The notes under the pieces: generated by a model
Database searches by the model: none
Told to the model about the DNA's origin: nothing
Seen by the model: the letters and a program-made list of their open reading frames with translations, nothing else
DNA from: a virus
Taxonomy: Duplodnaviria > Caudoviricetes
IMG/VR virus record: IMGVR_UViG_2974586258_000001
Coordinates: 1-64,000 of that record
Strand: one strand, 5' to 3'
Length of the DNA stretch: 64,000 bases
Translations under genes and position numbers: made by a program
Shown here: positions 26,860-37,465 of the stretch, piece after piece
Position numbering within the stretch: position 1 is the first letter of the stretch
How the letters are laid out: each line of letters opens with the position of its first letter

Positions 26860-27729
26860 TCAGAATTCAAAATCATACATAATTGGTTTTCTTCCTTCAT
26901 TGACAATATTATACAACTGAATGTCCTCTTGTGTCAATGGTTCTTTTCTATCTTTTCCAAACAAACTGTCTAAGTGATTGTAATGTAACGTATTTTCAAC
27001 ACGTAGAATTTCATTTGGTAGGATAAAGTACAACCATTTTCCATCAATATCGATACGTAAGCTTGGATAGTTTTGTCCACCTGAAATTAAGATTCTAGAG
27101 TATCTATTATCAATCTGAAATTCAATAAAATAATGATAGGCTGCCATTCTATCAATAAATTCTTTAAATCTAGATTGTTTACTATACCATTGATAAATAA
27201 CGTGATTATTGCTCATCGCACCGATAAGACTACAAATCAAAGCAGCATTCATTTTAATATCTAAACGATAATTATTATCTTTTCCAATAATTGTAAATTT
27301 GTTTCCAGAAATTATAATATTCCGATCTGGAACTTGTGTATACCTAAGTTCTATATCCCTTTTCATACTGTAATCCTTCTTGTATTCTTGAATCTCAAAT
27401 TTAGCCCTTTTGTTCAGAATCATATTAAAGAATTCATCAATATAAAACTCTGATCTAGGTAACGGAACATAACCACGTTCTGATCTGTCTCTTGACCAAA
27501 GTGGCATACTCTGTTTTGTATAATACGCATCAAAATTCTCACAAAACAATTCATATCTATCTTTCCATAGTCTAATGAATTCAATCAGATTATAAATCTC
27601 TTTTTCGAATTTGTTGTTTTGTTCTCGTGCTACATTATAACTTAATGCGTTCAAATTAGATGGAAAATTTGTATATGAAGTATCAAAGTTTCCATAGTAC
27701 AAGTGTTTGTATTTATCAAAATCAGTCAT
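26860..27729 (-). CDS. hypothetical protein
   Basis: Long ORF; likely start MTDFDK. Confidence 0.7.
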   Translation of the reverse strand: MTDFDKYKHLYYGNFDTSYTNFPSNLNALSYNVAREQNNKFEKEIYNLIEFIRLWKDRYELFCENFDAYYTKQSMPLWSRDRSERGYVPLPRSEFYIDEFFNMILNKRAKFEIQEYKKDYSMKRDIELRYTQVPDRNIIISGNKFTIIGKDNNYRLDIKMNAALICSLIGAMSNNHVIYQWYSKQSRFKEFIDRMAAYHYFIEFQIDNRYSRILISGGQNYPSLRIDIDGKWLYFILPNEILRVENTLHYNHLDSLFGKDRKEPLTQEDIQLYNIVNEGRKPIMYDFEF

Positions 27730-28243
27730 CTTTAAATTCTCCAAAATGTTTAACTGTTTCAAAATAGTCAAAACGATCTATATTGTTCAAATTTTCATGT
27801 CTAGTTAACCAATCAGCCACTTCGTTAAGAGCAAACCCACTATGCCCACGAATCCACCTGACCTTCAAACTCTTACTATGGAATACGTTACCATATTCTT
27901 GTACAAAGTCAAGCATTTTCCTACAGATGGGTGCGTTGCTGGGAAGTCCTTTAATAGCTCGTGTAAAGCTCTCTGAGACTCCCCTGTTGTCGTTTCTAAC
28001 CTCTACCCTGTACCCTAGCATCAAATAAGGAATGGATAGCTCTAAAGCAGTCTGAAGCCCATCTAGCTCTGCAAGTGCTGAGTTATGCGGACACTTAAAT
28101 CTCATTGTTTTCAACTGCCCATTGTGAGAGATAACAACAGAAGCATACCCATACCTTCCTGATGCATCACAAAAGATCCAAACTGGATGTGTCAAGTCTT
28201 GCGTATTAAACATTTGTAGAAAATTTAAAATTTTGTAGAACAT
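27722..28243 (-). CDS. rnhA: ribonuclease HI
   Basis: IFCDAS...NSALAEL...RNDN...WIRGHSG...NEVADWL. Confidence 0.85.
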   Translation of the reverse strand: MFYKILNFLQMFNTQDLTHPVWIFCDASGRYGYASVVISHNGQLKTMRFKCPHNSALAELDGLQTALELSIPYLMLGYRVEVRNDNRGVSESFTRAIKGLPSNAPICRKMLDFVQEYGNVFHSKSLKVRWIRGHSGFALNEVADWLTRHENLNNIDRFDYFETVKHFGEFKDD

Positions 28244-28385
28244 TTTTAGTCCTTATCCTTGCCAAGATGGTGCCATTATAGAGAAGTATGGTAGAAACAC
28301 AAGCTAAAATTTTCTAAAATTGTTGTTGACACTATGAACAAGTATGCTAAGATTGGGTTAACTTAAACATGAAGGGAGATAAGAC

Positions 28386-28661
28386 ATGAACGAACAACAG
28401 TACTATAAATGGAAAGCCGATACATATGAAGCTCTTGTTGCTTCTGGTATCTATAGTGCGGAGCAGGCGCAGATTGTTATTGACTGGTTCGATAGTATTA
28501 AAGGTACCAGAGAACGTCAATGGTTTGTGGATGAACTTGCAGATGCGTTGTCCAAGCATTGGTCTGACTATCCATATGAAAACTTTGTCTATAAAACAAT
28601 GACAACTCGTGCTTGGCTGTATGCTGACAAAATCCTACATAAACATAAGGAGCAAAACTAA
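28386..28661 (+). CDS. hypothetical protein
   Basis: First gene after a TTGACA promoter at ~28327; GGGAG RBS. Confidence 0.75.
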   Translation: MNEQQYYKWKADTYEALVASGIYSAEQAQIVIDWFDSIKGTRERQWFVDELADALSKHWSDYPYENFVYKTMTTRAWLYADKILHKHKEQN

Positions 28662-28894
28662 TGTGCAAAAAGTCACCAGAACAATGCAATGCAAAAGTAA
28701 AGTGCAAATGTTGTATCAAACGACAAGTGATGTCGAAACTTCGTGATGCTTATCTAGAAGCGAAGGAAAATGGCGAAGTTAAATCTTACAAAATTATTGT
28801 TGACAGTGAACAAGAAACTGGTAAACTAGGTCTCAATGAAGTAGATAATCAGTTTGAACAACAACACTATGTAATTGAAATTAAAGGAGAATAA
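28661..28894 (+). CDS. hypothetical protein
   Basis: TAATG translational coupling. Confidence 0.65.
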   Translation: MCKKSPEQCNAKVKCKCCIKRQVMSKLRDAYLEAKENGEVKSYKIIVDSEQETGKLGLNEVDNQFEQQHYVIEIKGE

Positions 28895-29111
28895 GATGTC
28901 ATTGACAAAAGATGAAATCAAAGATACTATATTCGAACTTGAGTGTGAACGAGATGAACTTCAAGCTCTGCTTGATACAATGAGATACAGTGGTTGGTCA
29001 GAATTTGAAGAGATTATTGAAAAGGTCACACAAGAATTGCAGGAAACAAATTGTTGGATTGAGTACAACAAACAACTATTGAAAGATCTTGAAGACATTC
29101 CCCACTGTTAA
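28875..29111 (+). CDS. acidic coiled-coil hypothetical protein
   Basis: AGGAG RBS before internal MSLTK. Confidence 0.65.
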   Translation: MKLKENKMSLTKDEIKDTIFELECERDELQALLDTMRYSGWSEFEEIIEKVTQELQETNCWIEYNKQLLKDLEDIPHC

Positions 29112-29137
29112 TCCTAGATTAACTGCATAACAGCAAA

Positions 29138-29341
29138 ATGAGGAGAAATATGATGAATAAAGGACTTGACATCCTCACAATTAAAGATTACTCTACAAAT
29201 CTGGAATCACTATCAACAGACAAGCTAAAGAAGTTGCTTCATGTGGCAGTTGATGATATAATGAGTCAACGAGAATTGCTTGCTGAGACAGAAGTCTATG
29301 CAGAAACACTTAGGATTATTTTGAATCGTAGAGGGGAATAA
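29138..29341 (+). CDS. hypothetical protein
   Basis: GAGGAG RBS. Confidence 0.65.
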   Translation: MRRNMMNKGLDILTIKDYSTNLESLSTDKLKKLLHVAVDDIMSQRELLAETEVYAETLRIILNRRGE

Positions 29342-29343
29342 TT

Positions 29344-29589
29344 ATGGAATATAAATACCCACAAGAACTTGTAGACTTTCTTACTGAGCAAGAAGGAGAA
29401 GGTTCTGAAATATTTACTACACAAAACTCTGACAGCACTGTTTGGATCATTACGTATCCTTCTTTGAAAGACTATATTAGTATTATTGAGTGGTATCAAG
29501 GGGAAGACACATATAATCATGTCAACTTGATGGATAAGGCATTTAAACGGTTTAAACTAGTTGTTAAAGAATTGGAGAATAAACAATGA
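29344..29589 (+). CDS. hypothetical protein
   Basis: 81-aa ORF. Confidence 0.7.
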   Translation: MEYKYPQELVDFLTEQEGEGSEIFTTQNSDSTVWIITYPSLKDYISIIEWYQGEDTYNHVNLMDKAFKRFKLVVKELENKQ

Positions 29590-29963
29590 ATATAAAACAA
29601 GAGCGAAAATTCATCCAGCAACTTTTGGAAGAAGGCCAAATTGATACACTTTCAGTCCAAGTTATTGCATTGAACATCTTTGCTAACAGCATTGGATATA
29701 AGGCTGTTGATGGAGATATCAGGAAAGGATTTGTTGGTTATGACCATAAGACTTGGAACGTAACACATAATATTTCATTGGAGGAAATGCAATATAGATT
29801 TAATCATGGACTTTATCCTTGGGAATCAACTGTACCTAATAAAATTAGAGAAGAGAAAAACTCAAAACGAATTGTAAACAGGGTTTCTCTTCAATATAAT
29901 AAACGCACCACAAAACAATTGACAACTCAACTAGAGTGGCTTAATTTTGTAAAGGAAGACTAA
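29586..29963 (+). CDS. hypothetical protein
   Basis: 125-aa ORF. Confidence 0.7.
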   Translation: MNIKQERKFIQQLLEEGQIDTLSVQVIALNIFANSIGYKAVDGDIRKGFVGYDHKTWNVTHNISLEEMQYRFNHGLYPWESTVPNKIREEKNSKRIVNRVSLQYNKRTTKQLTTQLEWLNFVKED

Positions 29964-29964
29964 T

Positions 29965-30297
29965 ATGAGTTTTATCAATTTCAATTTTTATTCTTTCTCG
30001 CTGGAAGAAGAACTTTCTGTCGAAGCAGAGGTAGATTACAAAGAGCCTAATTACAATGGTAATTTTTCAGATTTGGATTATCGTGGAGGATATGATATTC
30101 TGAGTCTAGATGTTTATCATGAAGATGGTGAGCCTGTTATTGTGACAGGATACAAACAACAGTTGTTGGATAATGAAATCCGTGATAAACTTAATCAATA
30201 TTTGCGTTGTATGGAAATTGAAGATAGTAGGTATGAAGTGAACTTTGGTGAAATAAATAATGATAGTATTTATTATTATGAAGGAGATTATGATTGA
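29965..30297 (+). CDS. acidic hypothetical protein
   Basis: 110-aa ORF. Confidence 0.7.
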   Translation: MSFINFNFYSFSLEEELSVEAEVDYKEPNYNGNFSDLDYRGGYDILSLDVYHEDGEPVIVTGYKQQLLDNEIRDKLNQYLRCMEIEDSRYEVNFGEINNDSIYYYEGDYD

Positions 30298-31553
30298 CAA
30301 CTGATGATGCACTCAATTTTATCCTTGAAGGTAGAAACTGCCTTATCACAGGAGCTGGAGGTAGTGGAAAGAGTACACTAATTCACTCCTTGTCTAACTT
30401 CTTTGATGGTGTTATGATTAAAGCTGCACCAACTGCTCTTGCAGCTCTTAATGTAAATGGCAGCACTACACACAAAGTATTTGGTCTTGATTTTGGTGTC
30501 TTTGTAGATGGTCTGACATTAAAGAAAAACTTGAAGAAAGAGTATGCTGCTGTTTTGAAGTCAGATACTTTTCAGATTTTAGTATTGGACGAAGTTTCAA
30601 TGATTCGTTCAGATAAATTACAGGAAATCGATTGGACACTAAAGAAATATAAAAACAACAATTTACCTTTTGGTGGTGTCCAAGTTCTAATGTTTGGTGA
30701 TCCGTTACAACTCAGTCCTGTAGTCAAACAAGAAGAAAGGAAACTGTTAAAACAACACTATAGTTCTGAGTTTTTCTTTGATTGTCAGGCATTTCATGAA
30801 GGCAATTTTGAACACATTAAACTTGAGACTGTATATCGACAAACAGACCCAGAATTAAAAATTCAACTAGAAAACATACGTTTAGGAAAGAATGACAAAG
30901 ACACTCTTGACTATTTTAATAGTCGGTGCTACAATAGTAAAACAGTTAGCCATAAAGACGATGTGCTTCAGTTATGTGCAACTAATCAAGAAGTTGATAT
31001 GATTAATAGTTACGGTCTGAACCAACTAAATACACCCATTAAAACATTCAAGGCTGTTCGTAAGGGCATTTTTAAAGAGACACCAGTTTCAGAGCAACTT
31101 AATGTTCGTGTTGGTGCAAAAGTAATGATTTGTGTCAACCATTCAGAACTGAAGTATGTCAATGGTTCTCAAGGTATTATTACAAAGCTGTACAGAAATG
31201 GTGCTGATGTAGAACTTGATAACGGAGAGGAAGTTAACATTGAATGTAATACATGGTACAACTATGAACCTTACTTGAATAAAAGAACAGGCAGAATTGA
31301 AGATCGTGTTATTGGAGAGTACCGACAGTTGCCCTTGAAACTTGCTTATGCTTTAACAGGCCATAAGTCTCAAGGTCAAACTTTCAAAGAAGGTATTCTA
31401 AATCTTGGCAGTAGACCATTATTTGGGGATGGTTTAGCATATGTGATGTTGAGTAGGTTTACCGATCTTGATAATTTAAGGTTTACAAGACCATTAACAA
31501 AATTAGACATAAAGCAAAATAGTAACGTGACTAACTGGTATGAAAGAAATTGA
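30294..31553 (+). CDS. SF1B Pif1-like DNA helicase
   Basis: GAGGSGKS, LDEVSM, FGGVQVLMFGDPLQLSPV, YRQ, QLPLKLAYALTGHKSQGQT, YVMLSR. Confidence 0.9.
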   Translation: MTTDDALNFILEGRNCLITGAGGSGKSTLIHSLSNFFDGVMIKAAPTALAALNVNGSTTHKVFGLDFGVFVDGLTLKKNLKKEYAAVLKSDTFQILVLDEVSMIRSDKLQEIDWTLKKYKNNNLPFGGVQVLMFGDPLQLSPVVKQEERKLLKQHYSSEFFFDCQAFHEGNFEHIKLETVYRQTDPELKIQLENIRLGKNDKDTLDYFNSRCYNSKTVSHKDDVLQLCATNQEVDMINSYGLNQLNTPIKTFKAVRKGIFKETPVSEQLNVRVGAKVMICVNHSELKYVNGSQGIITKLYRNGADVELDNGEEVNIECNTWYNYEPYLNKRTGRIEDRVIGEYRQLPLKLAYALTGHKSQGQTFKEGILNLGSRPLFGDGLAYVMLSRFTDLDNLRFTRPLTKLDIKQNSNVTNWYERN

Positions 31554-31565
31554 GAGGTTAAATGG

Positions 31566-33356
31566 ATGGGGAGATTTTTAGGTCACTTTCAATGTATTAA
31601 TGCAGATTGTGGATCTTCTGATGCACTGGCTTTATATTGCGATGAAGATTCTGAAGGAAATGAGAATGTAAATGGTACTTGCTTTTCTTGTGGGAATTGG
31701 TTCTCTCATAACAAAATAGCAAGGTCTAGTTTAGGGGAAGAATTGGGGGTAAAGTTGAATAGTAATTTTTCTGGGTACAATAGAAAAGAAAAGAAAGTGA
31801 TTACAGATTATGAAATTGAAAATGTAAAAGAAATTTCTGAGTTTGATTCCACAAGTTTTCGTGGGATTAATTTAAAAGTCAATGAACGTTATGGTGTCCT
31901 TACTGAGTATGATGATGCAGGAAATCCATACAAACAATATTATCCAGCAACAAAAGAAGGTAAGTTGGTTGGTTACAAGGTACGTATTATTGCTGACAAA
32001 GATTTCTACTCAATTGGATATGTAGGTGCGGATTGTGATGTGTTCGGAAAAGATGTAACAAAGAATGCAAAACACGTAATCATTTGTGGTGGAGAATTGG
32101 ATGCCCCTAGTGCATATCAAATGTTGGTTACTTACTTTCACAAGAAAGGTTATGCAAACAATATCCATGTTGTATCGACAGCAGTTGGTGAATCTGGTAG
32201 CGTAAAACATATTAAAAATAACTATGAGTTTTTTGACCAATATGAAAAAATCTATTTATGTTATGATAGTGATGAAGTAGGTAAAGAAGCACAAGAAAAA
32301 GTAGCAGAAGTGTTGCCTCTTGGTAAAGTATATTTGATGGATTTGCCAGAGAAAGACCCTAATGATTGTTTGACGAAAGGCAAAGATAAAGATTTTGTTA
32401 ATTCTTATTATGCCGCTAAAAAATTCTTGCCAACTGGCATTAAAGATAGTAGTATTATGTATGAGGCGCTGCTTGAACGTGCAGTGATGAAGAAGATACC
32501 CCTGCCACCTTTTATGAAAGGTTTGTCTATGTTGTTTTGTGGTGGTATTCCTCTAAAAACAATTATCAACTTCGGTGCAGGTAGTAGTACAGGTAAAACA
32601 ACTATTGTAAACGAACTTATTCATTATTGGTTGTTTAATAGTCCTTATAAAGTTGGTGTTGTTACTTTGGAAGCAGACGTTGCAGAATATGCAGAGTGTC
32701 TTTTATCTCGTCATATCCAAAACAAACTGCAATTGATTGATGATCCACAAAAGAAACTTGAGTATCTTCAATCTGATTACGTAAAAGAAAAAGCACACGA
32801 ACTCTTTTTTGATGAAAATGGAGAACCACGCCTTGGTGTAATTGATGATCGTGATGGTGATGTTAGAACTATACAGAAGAAACTTGAGTACTTGATTGTT
32901 GCTGGTTATCAGATTATTTGCCTTGACCCATTTTCAGATTTGATTGCTGGTTTTAGCCCAGAAGATACTGAACTTTTTATGAAGTGGGAAAAGACTATGG
33001 TGAAGGTTCACGATGTATGCTTTTTGAATATCCAACACATCAGGAAATCAAGTAACACTAAAGACTCTGCATCAATTGGAGGTATGATTACTGAAGAAAG
33101 CTTCCACGGCTCAAGCTCAATCTTTAAATCTGCCCATGCTAACGTACTTTGTACTAGAAACAAGATGGCTGAAGATCCAGTAGAACGTAACACTACAAAG
33201 GTTAGTGTAAGTAAATGTCGTTGGTCAGGATTTACAGGTATGGCAGGGTCATGGTACTATTGTAATCAAACACATACATTACATGACCTTGATGATTATT
33301 TTAGCAAAAAATCAGAACAAGTTGTATTGAGTGACGGTTTTGAAATAGAAATGTAA
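31566..33356 (+). CDS. T7 gp4-like DNA primase-helicase
   Basis: N-terminal Zn finger, TOPRIM (GGELD, YDSD.VG, KDPND), DnaB-type helicase (GAGSSTGKTT, KCRWSGFTG). Confidence 0.9.
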   Translation: MGRFLGHFQCINADCGSSDALALYCDEDSEGNENVNGTCFSCGNWFSHNKIARSSLGEELGVKLNSNFSGYNRKEKKVITDYEIENVKEISEFDSTSFRGINLKVNERYGVLTEYDDAGNPYKQYYPATKEGKLVGYKVRIIADKDFYSIGYVGADCDVFGKDVTKNAKHVIICGGELDAPSAYQMLVTYFHKKGYANNIHVVSTAVGESGSVKHIKNNYEFFDQYEKIYLCYDSDEVGKEAQEKVAEVLPLGKVYLMDLPEKDPNDCLTKGKDKDFVNSYYAAKKFLPTGIKDSSIMYEALLERAVMKKIPLPPFMKGLSMLFCGGIPLKTIINFGAGSSTGKTTIVNELIHYWLFNSPYKVGVVTLEADVAEYAECLLSRHIQNKLQLIDDPQKKLEYLQSDYVKEKAHELFFDENGEPRLGVIDDRDGDVRTIQKKLEYLIVAGYQIICLDPFSDLIAGFSPEDTELFMKWEKTMVKVHDVCFLNIQHIRKSSNTKDSASIGGMITEESFHGSSSIFKSAHANVLCTRNKMAEDPVERNTTKVSVSKCRWSGFTGMAGSWYYCNQTHTLHDLDDYFSKKSEQVVLSDGFEIEM

Positions 33357-33367
33357 GGAGATATTTA

Positions 33368-35644
33368 TTGGAAAATGTAAACTATAATAGCCTATTTGCA
33401 AGTGATATTGAGGCAAACGGGCTTCTTGACAGTGTTGATAAAGTTTGGTGTATCGTATCTCAGGATATTAATACTGGAGAGTTTTACGTTTTCCATGATT
33501 ATCCTGAATTTGACAATCAGATTGTAATTGACCCAGAAGATAACAAAGAGTATAAAATCCCAGAAAGAAAAGGTAGTTTGATAGATGGTGCCCGATTTTG
33601 GTATAAAATTGGATTGAATAGTGGTAAGATTATTTGTCATAACGCCCTATCTTATGATAAACCTTTGCTTGAGAAGTTTTACCCAAAATGTATTATACCT
33701 GTTGAAACATGGCACGATACACTGATTCAAAGTAAGATTCAATGGTACGACCGCCCTTGCCCTAAAGGGGCACGAGGGACACATGGTCTTCAAGCCTATG
33801 GTGTTCGTCTTGGTGTAGAAAAGCCAGAGATTAACGATTGGTCTTTCATGGATATTATGAAACTGCACCGTTGTATTGAAGACGTTAAAATTCAAGCTTT
33901 AACTTATAAGTATCTTGAAAAAGAGCGTGTGATGGTGAAAGAAAAACTTGGTATTGATTTTTCTGAAGCATTTGAAAACGAAACAAAATACAGAACTAAT
34001 GCTACAAAACAAGAATCAAATGGTGCAATGGTGGATGTTCCTTTTATGCACAAGTGTGTTGTAGAGTTGGACACCATTATTGAAGAACTTCGTGCAGAGA
34101 TTGAACCACAACTACCAAAACAAGTTAAGCCAAAATCTACAAAAGTCACAAAATCAGATCTTGGTATGTCTTTAGGCTTGAATCTTAAAGATTCTCATAG
34201 TATTAAAGACGGTATCGCAGTGGCAGATAAACCTTATTATAAACCAACAACTAATATCTTTAAGACAGAAATTAGAAAAGGGTATCAGGGTTTTTATAAG
34301 GACAGATACAAGACAGGAACTTTTGTAAAACTAAAAGAATGTCGTGATTTTATAAAAGAGCACTACCCTGAAACAAGCCTTAAAGATTGGTTTATTGAGA
34401 AAAAAGAGGATTCTTTTAAGATTTTAACTAAATCTGTTTGTGATTATTTTGAAATAGAATCTACTTCTGATGTTGTAGTTGGCCCTTTTACAAAAGTAGA
34501 ATTCAATGACACTACCCTAACTCAGGGGGAAGTTGTAAAATCTTTCTTAATTTCTCAAGGATGGAAGAATGCACCCGAATGGACCCTGAAGAAAGATAAA
34601 GAAGGGCAGTTTATCAGAGTACAACAAGATACTGAAGTACGCTGGCCTGAAAAACCATTATTTGGTGATCCTAACAATCAACTTGTTCGTATTGTAAAGA
34701 AAGGACAACCTCTGGTTGTAGCTCCTAAATTGACAGAAGAGTGTTATGAAGAGTTGCCCGAAGGGTTGGGTAAAAAGATCGCAGACTACAATACTTACCA
34801 ACATCGCCGTAGGTTTTTGCTTAATGATAAAGATGATGAGAAAGGTTTATTGAATCTCGTAAGACCTGATGGTAGAATTACATGCGGAATCAATAACTCA
34901 GCTACCAGTACACTCAGATCATCACATAGTAATTGGGTTAACGCGCCGGGGGCTGGAGCATTGTATGGTGAACAAATCCGTAGTTGTATTATAGCCCCAG
35001 AAGATAGAGTCTTGGTTGGTGCTGATATGAAATCTGCTCAATTGTCAATTGCCGCTTATTATGCAAACAACTATGATTATTATCTGGCTGTGGCAGATGG
35101 CAAAGAAATTAAGACAGATGAGTTTGGTAATGAGCTTATTCATCCTGTATCAGGAAAACCTTGGTATCTTGGTGAATCAGGGCACTGTGTTAACGCAAGA
35201 GCATTTACATTAGTTTCAGAGGGGGAGTGGAAACGTGCAGTTGAAACGCAAGATCAAGAATTAATTCACCACATTTCATTGCTTCGTAAGAAGAGTAAAG
35301 GTGGTAGCTTTGCAACTATCTTTGGTGCCAGTGGAAAAAAGGTAGCACAAACTCTTGGTATTCCAGAGGCAGTTGGTGAGGCAAAGAAACAAGCGTTCTT
35401 GAGTAACATTGGTTTGGATGAAGTAATTAATATTCTCCAAATGATGGTTAACAAGAATAGCAGGTGTGATGGTGGTTACATCGAGTTACCTTTTGGGTAT
35501 TATGCTTGGTGTAAAGCTCCGCACAAAATCTTTAACTACTTAGACCAAGGCACTGAAGCTGCTTGTCAAAAATGGGCTGTCAACTACTTTGAGGAAAAAG
35601 CTACAAGATTAGGTCTAGATTATAAAAAAATTCTGGATTACCAT
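33368..35644 (+). CDS. polA: family A DNA polymerase, exon 1
   Basis: Exo I DIEANG, Exo II HNALSYD, motif A ADMKSAQL, motif B RKKSKGGSFATIFGA; exon ends ...LDYH. Confidence 0.9.
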
Positions 35645-35716
35645 AGGTAACATTGTGGCCTTGTATGGTGACATACATTGAATAACTCTTTTAATTGCTG
35701 GAAACCCTAAAGCTTC

Positions 35717-35745
35717 TTGACAAAACTAATTTATTATTATATAAT
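35717..35745 (+). promoter_or_regulatory. consensus sigma70 promoter inside the intron
   Basis: TTGACA-N17-TATAAT upstream of the HNH RBS. Confidence 0.75.
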
Positions 35746-35778
35746 AATGTGTAATGTCATAAAACAGAGGATAATACA

Positions 35779-36171
35779 ATGGGCAATCAGCAGGTAAGCT
35801 TGGAAAATCTATATAGAATTAAACCCTTAGGTGATACACTTTTCCACGATGGATTGGGTAATATTTTCAGTACAAAAAGAGGAAAGTTGAAGAAACTAAC
35901 TCTAATACCGCATGGTGGAAAAACTAAGAAAACATATTATAGGGTTAAAGCTTTGGGTAGGTTGTGGATGGTACACCACTTGGTTTGTATTGAAAAATAT
36001 AATCGTCTAATGTTTTCCGGAGAATCTGTAAACCATTTAGATGGAGATACTGAAAATAACTCACCTGAAAATTTAGAATTTTCAACTCACGAAAAACAAT
36101 GCATTCACGCAAAGCAAAATAAACTCTATTGCTGTGGAGAGGATTGGCATAAAGCTCGTAAGTTGATATAG
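35779..36171 (+). CDS. intron-encoded HNH endonuclease
   Basis: VHHLV...VNHLDGDTENNSPENLE.ST...H. Confidence 0.85.
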   Translation: MGNQQVSLENLYRIKPLGDTLFHDGLGNIFSTKRGKLKKLTLIPHGGKTKKTYYRVKALGRLWMVHHLVCIEKYNRLMFSGESVNHLDGDTENNSPENLEFSTHEKQCIHAKQNKLYCCGEDWHKARKLI

Positions 36172-36384
36172 GTTTTGTCAAGAAACTTCAGAGACTATCG
36201 AAAGGTTAACAACAACCTTATTTGTTGTGAGAACTGAGTAGAGTAGGTGTGTAAGCTTATGACACATCGAAATGGAGAGGTTCTGTTGTAGGTCAACAGA
36301 ATGTGATATAGTCCGATCCTGCGGGAAACCGTATGGCTGCACGTAACGGTGCGGGGTTAGTGTTGCGACTAACCTGAACTGTTG

Positions 36385-36588
36385 GATGAATTTGCAGTTG
36401 AGTCCCATAAAGATTGCGCAGAAGAAGTTGGTAAGGTTATGGTTGAAGCTTATCATGAAGCATCTATAGCTTGCTGGGAATGGCACAAAAAACACTCCAA
36501 GTGGTTTACTGGAGACTCATTACCTAATTTCATGTTTGACTTAGCTGCTGGTTTTAAAGTAGGAAAGTCTTACTGGGATATTCACTAA
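36385..36588 (+). CDS. polA: family A DNA polymerase, exon 2
   Basis: DEFAVE...FKVGKSYWDIH, a typical PolA C-terminus. Confidence 0.9.
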   Translation, partial: DEFAVESHKDCAEEVGKVMVEAYHEASIACWEWHKKHSKWFTGDSLPNFMFDLAAGFKVGKSYWDIH

Positions 36589-36626
36589 ACAACAATTTAA
36601 ATTAACAACAAAGAAGGAGACAATTA

Positions 36627-37157
36627 ATGTCTATTAGTAAAGCAAAAGGTAAACTTGGTGAAATGGAAGTGATTGATGGTGTAACTTTTAACTTCATCAA
36701 TCTGCGAATTCCTGTCAACAAATTTGAATCTGATAAAAAAGAGTACAATGTATCTTGTACCATCAGTGAGGATGATTTCGATGAAATCGAGGAACATAAG
36801 TATAAAGTTTCTACAGAAACTGTCAAAAACGACAAATATGAAAGTCGATTCAAGGTTCCTGTTCCTTATCCTGACCAACGCAAACAATGTGTTGTTCGAT
36901 TTGGTTGTTCTAATCTCCGCAAGGATAAGAAGACTGGTGAAATGGTTGAGGTAGATTATGAACTTGAACTTCGCCCCAAGGTATTTCATGTAGTTGACGG
37001 AAAAGAAGTTGACATTACTGACAAGATGTTGTCTAATGGTTGTAAGGGTTCTGTATTCTACCAGACTCACACAAACAGTTTTGGGACTATGTGCTACCTA
37101 AGGAAGATTGTATTGGATGAAGTTGTAGAGTATGTTAAAGAAGAACTAAGCGTGTAA
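36627..37157 (+). CDS. putative ssDNA-binding protein (OB-fold, gp2.5-like)
   Basis: Position after the polymerase; SNGCKGSV motif; beta-rich sequence. Confidence 0.5.
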   Translation: MSISKAKGKLGEMEVIDGVTFNFINLRIPVNKFESDKKEYNVSCTISEDDFDEIEEHKYKVSTETVKNDKYESRFKVPVPYPDQRKQCVVRFGCSNLRKDKKTGEMVEVDYELELRPKVFHVVDGKEVDITDKMLSNGCKGSVFYQTHTNSFGTMCYLRKIVLDEVVEYVKEELSV

Positions 37158-37213
37158 TTAAATAAAATTATAATAAAGGCATTCATATTATTTGATGTAA
37201 GCCCTTATTTAAA

Positions 37214-37453
37214 TTGGAGAGTAATATGAAAGTAAAACAACTAATTGAATTACTGAAAGAAATGCCAGAAGATTACGAAGTGTTCAGTATATGTGACCAT
37301 GGACAACAACCTGAACGATCGCAGGAACCAATGATTGCTTGTACCCCACAAGATTATTATAATAGTTATTCTTTTGAAACTTATATGGAACCTCATGAAG
37401 CAGAAGATGAAGGTTATGATGAAGAAGATCTTGTTTATTTTGTATTGCTATAA
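37214..37453 (+). CDS. hypothetical protein
   Basis: MKVKQLIELLKEMPEDYEV motif common in phages. Confidence 0.75.
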   Translation: MESNMKVKQLIELLKEMPEDYEVFSICDHGQQPERSQEPMIACTPQDYYNSYSFETYMEPHEAEDEGYDEEDLVYFVLL

Positions 37454-37465
37454 ACGGAAGATATA

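Larger units (their letters stand above)
35645..36384 (+). mobile_element. group I intron (740 nt) with internal HNH gene
   Basis: Exon-terminal U, terminal G; P1 CCAU/GUGG; P10 CAUU/GAUG; P AATTGCTGGAAA, Q AATCAGCAG, R CAGAGACTA, S GATATAGTCC; splicing restores YH|DEF. Confidence 0.92.

Noticed and set aside
33368-35650. Truncated or pseudogenised DNA polymerase
   Set aside because: The stop codon lies inside a group I intron, and splicing restores motif C
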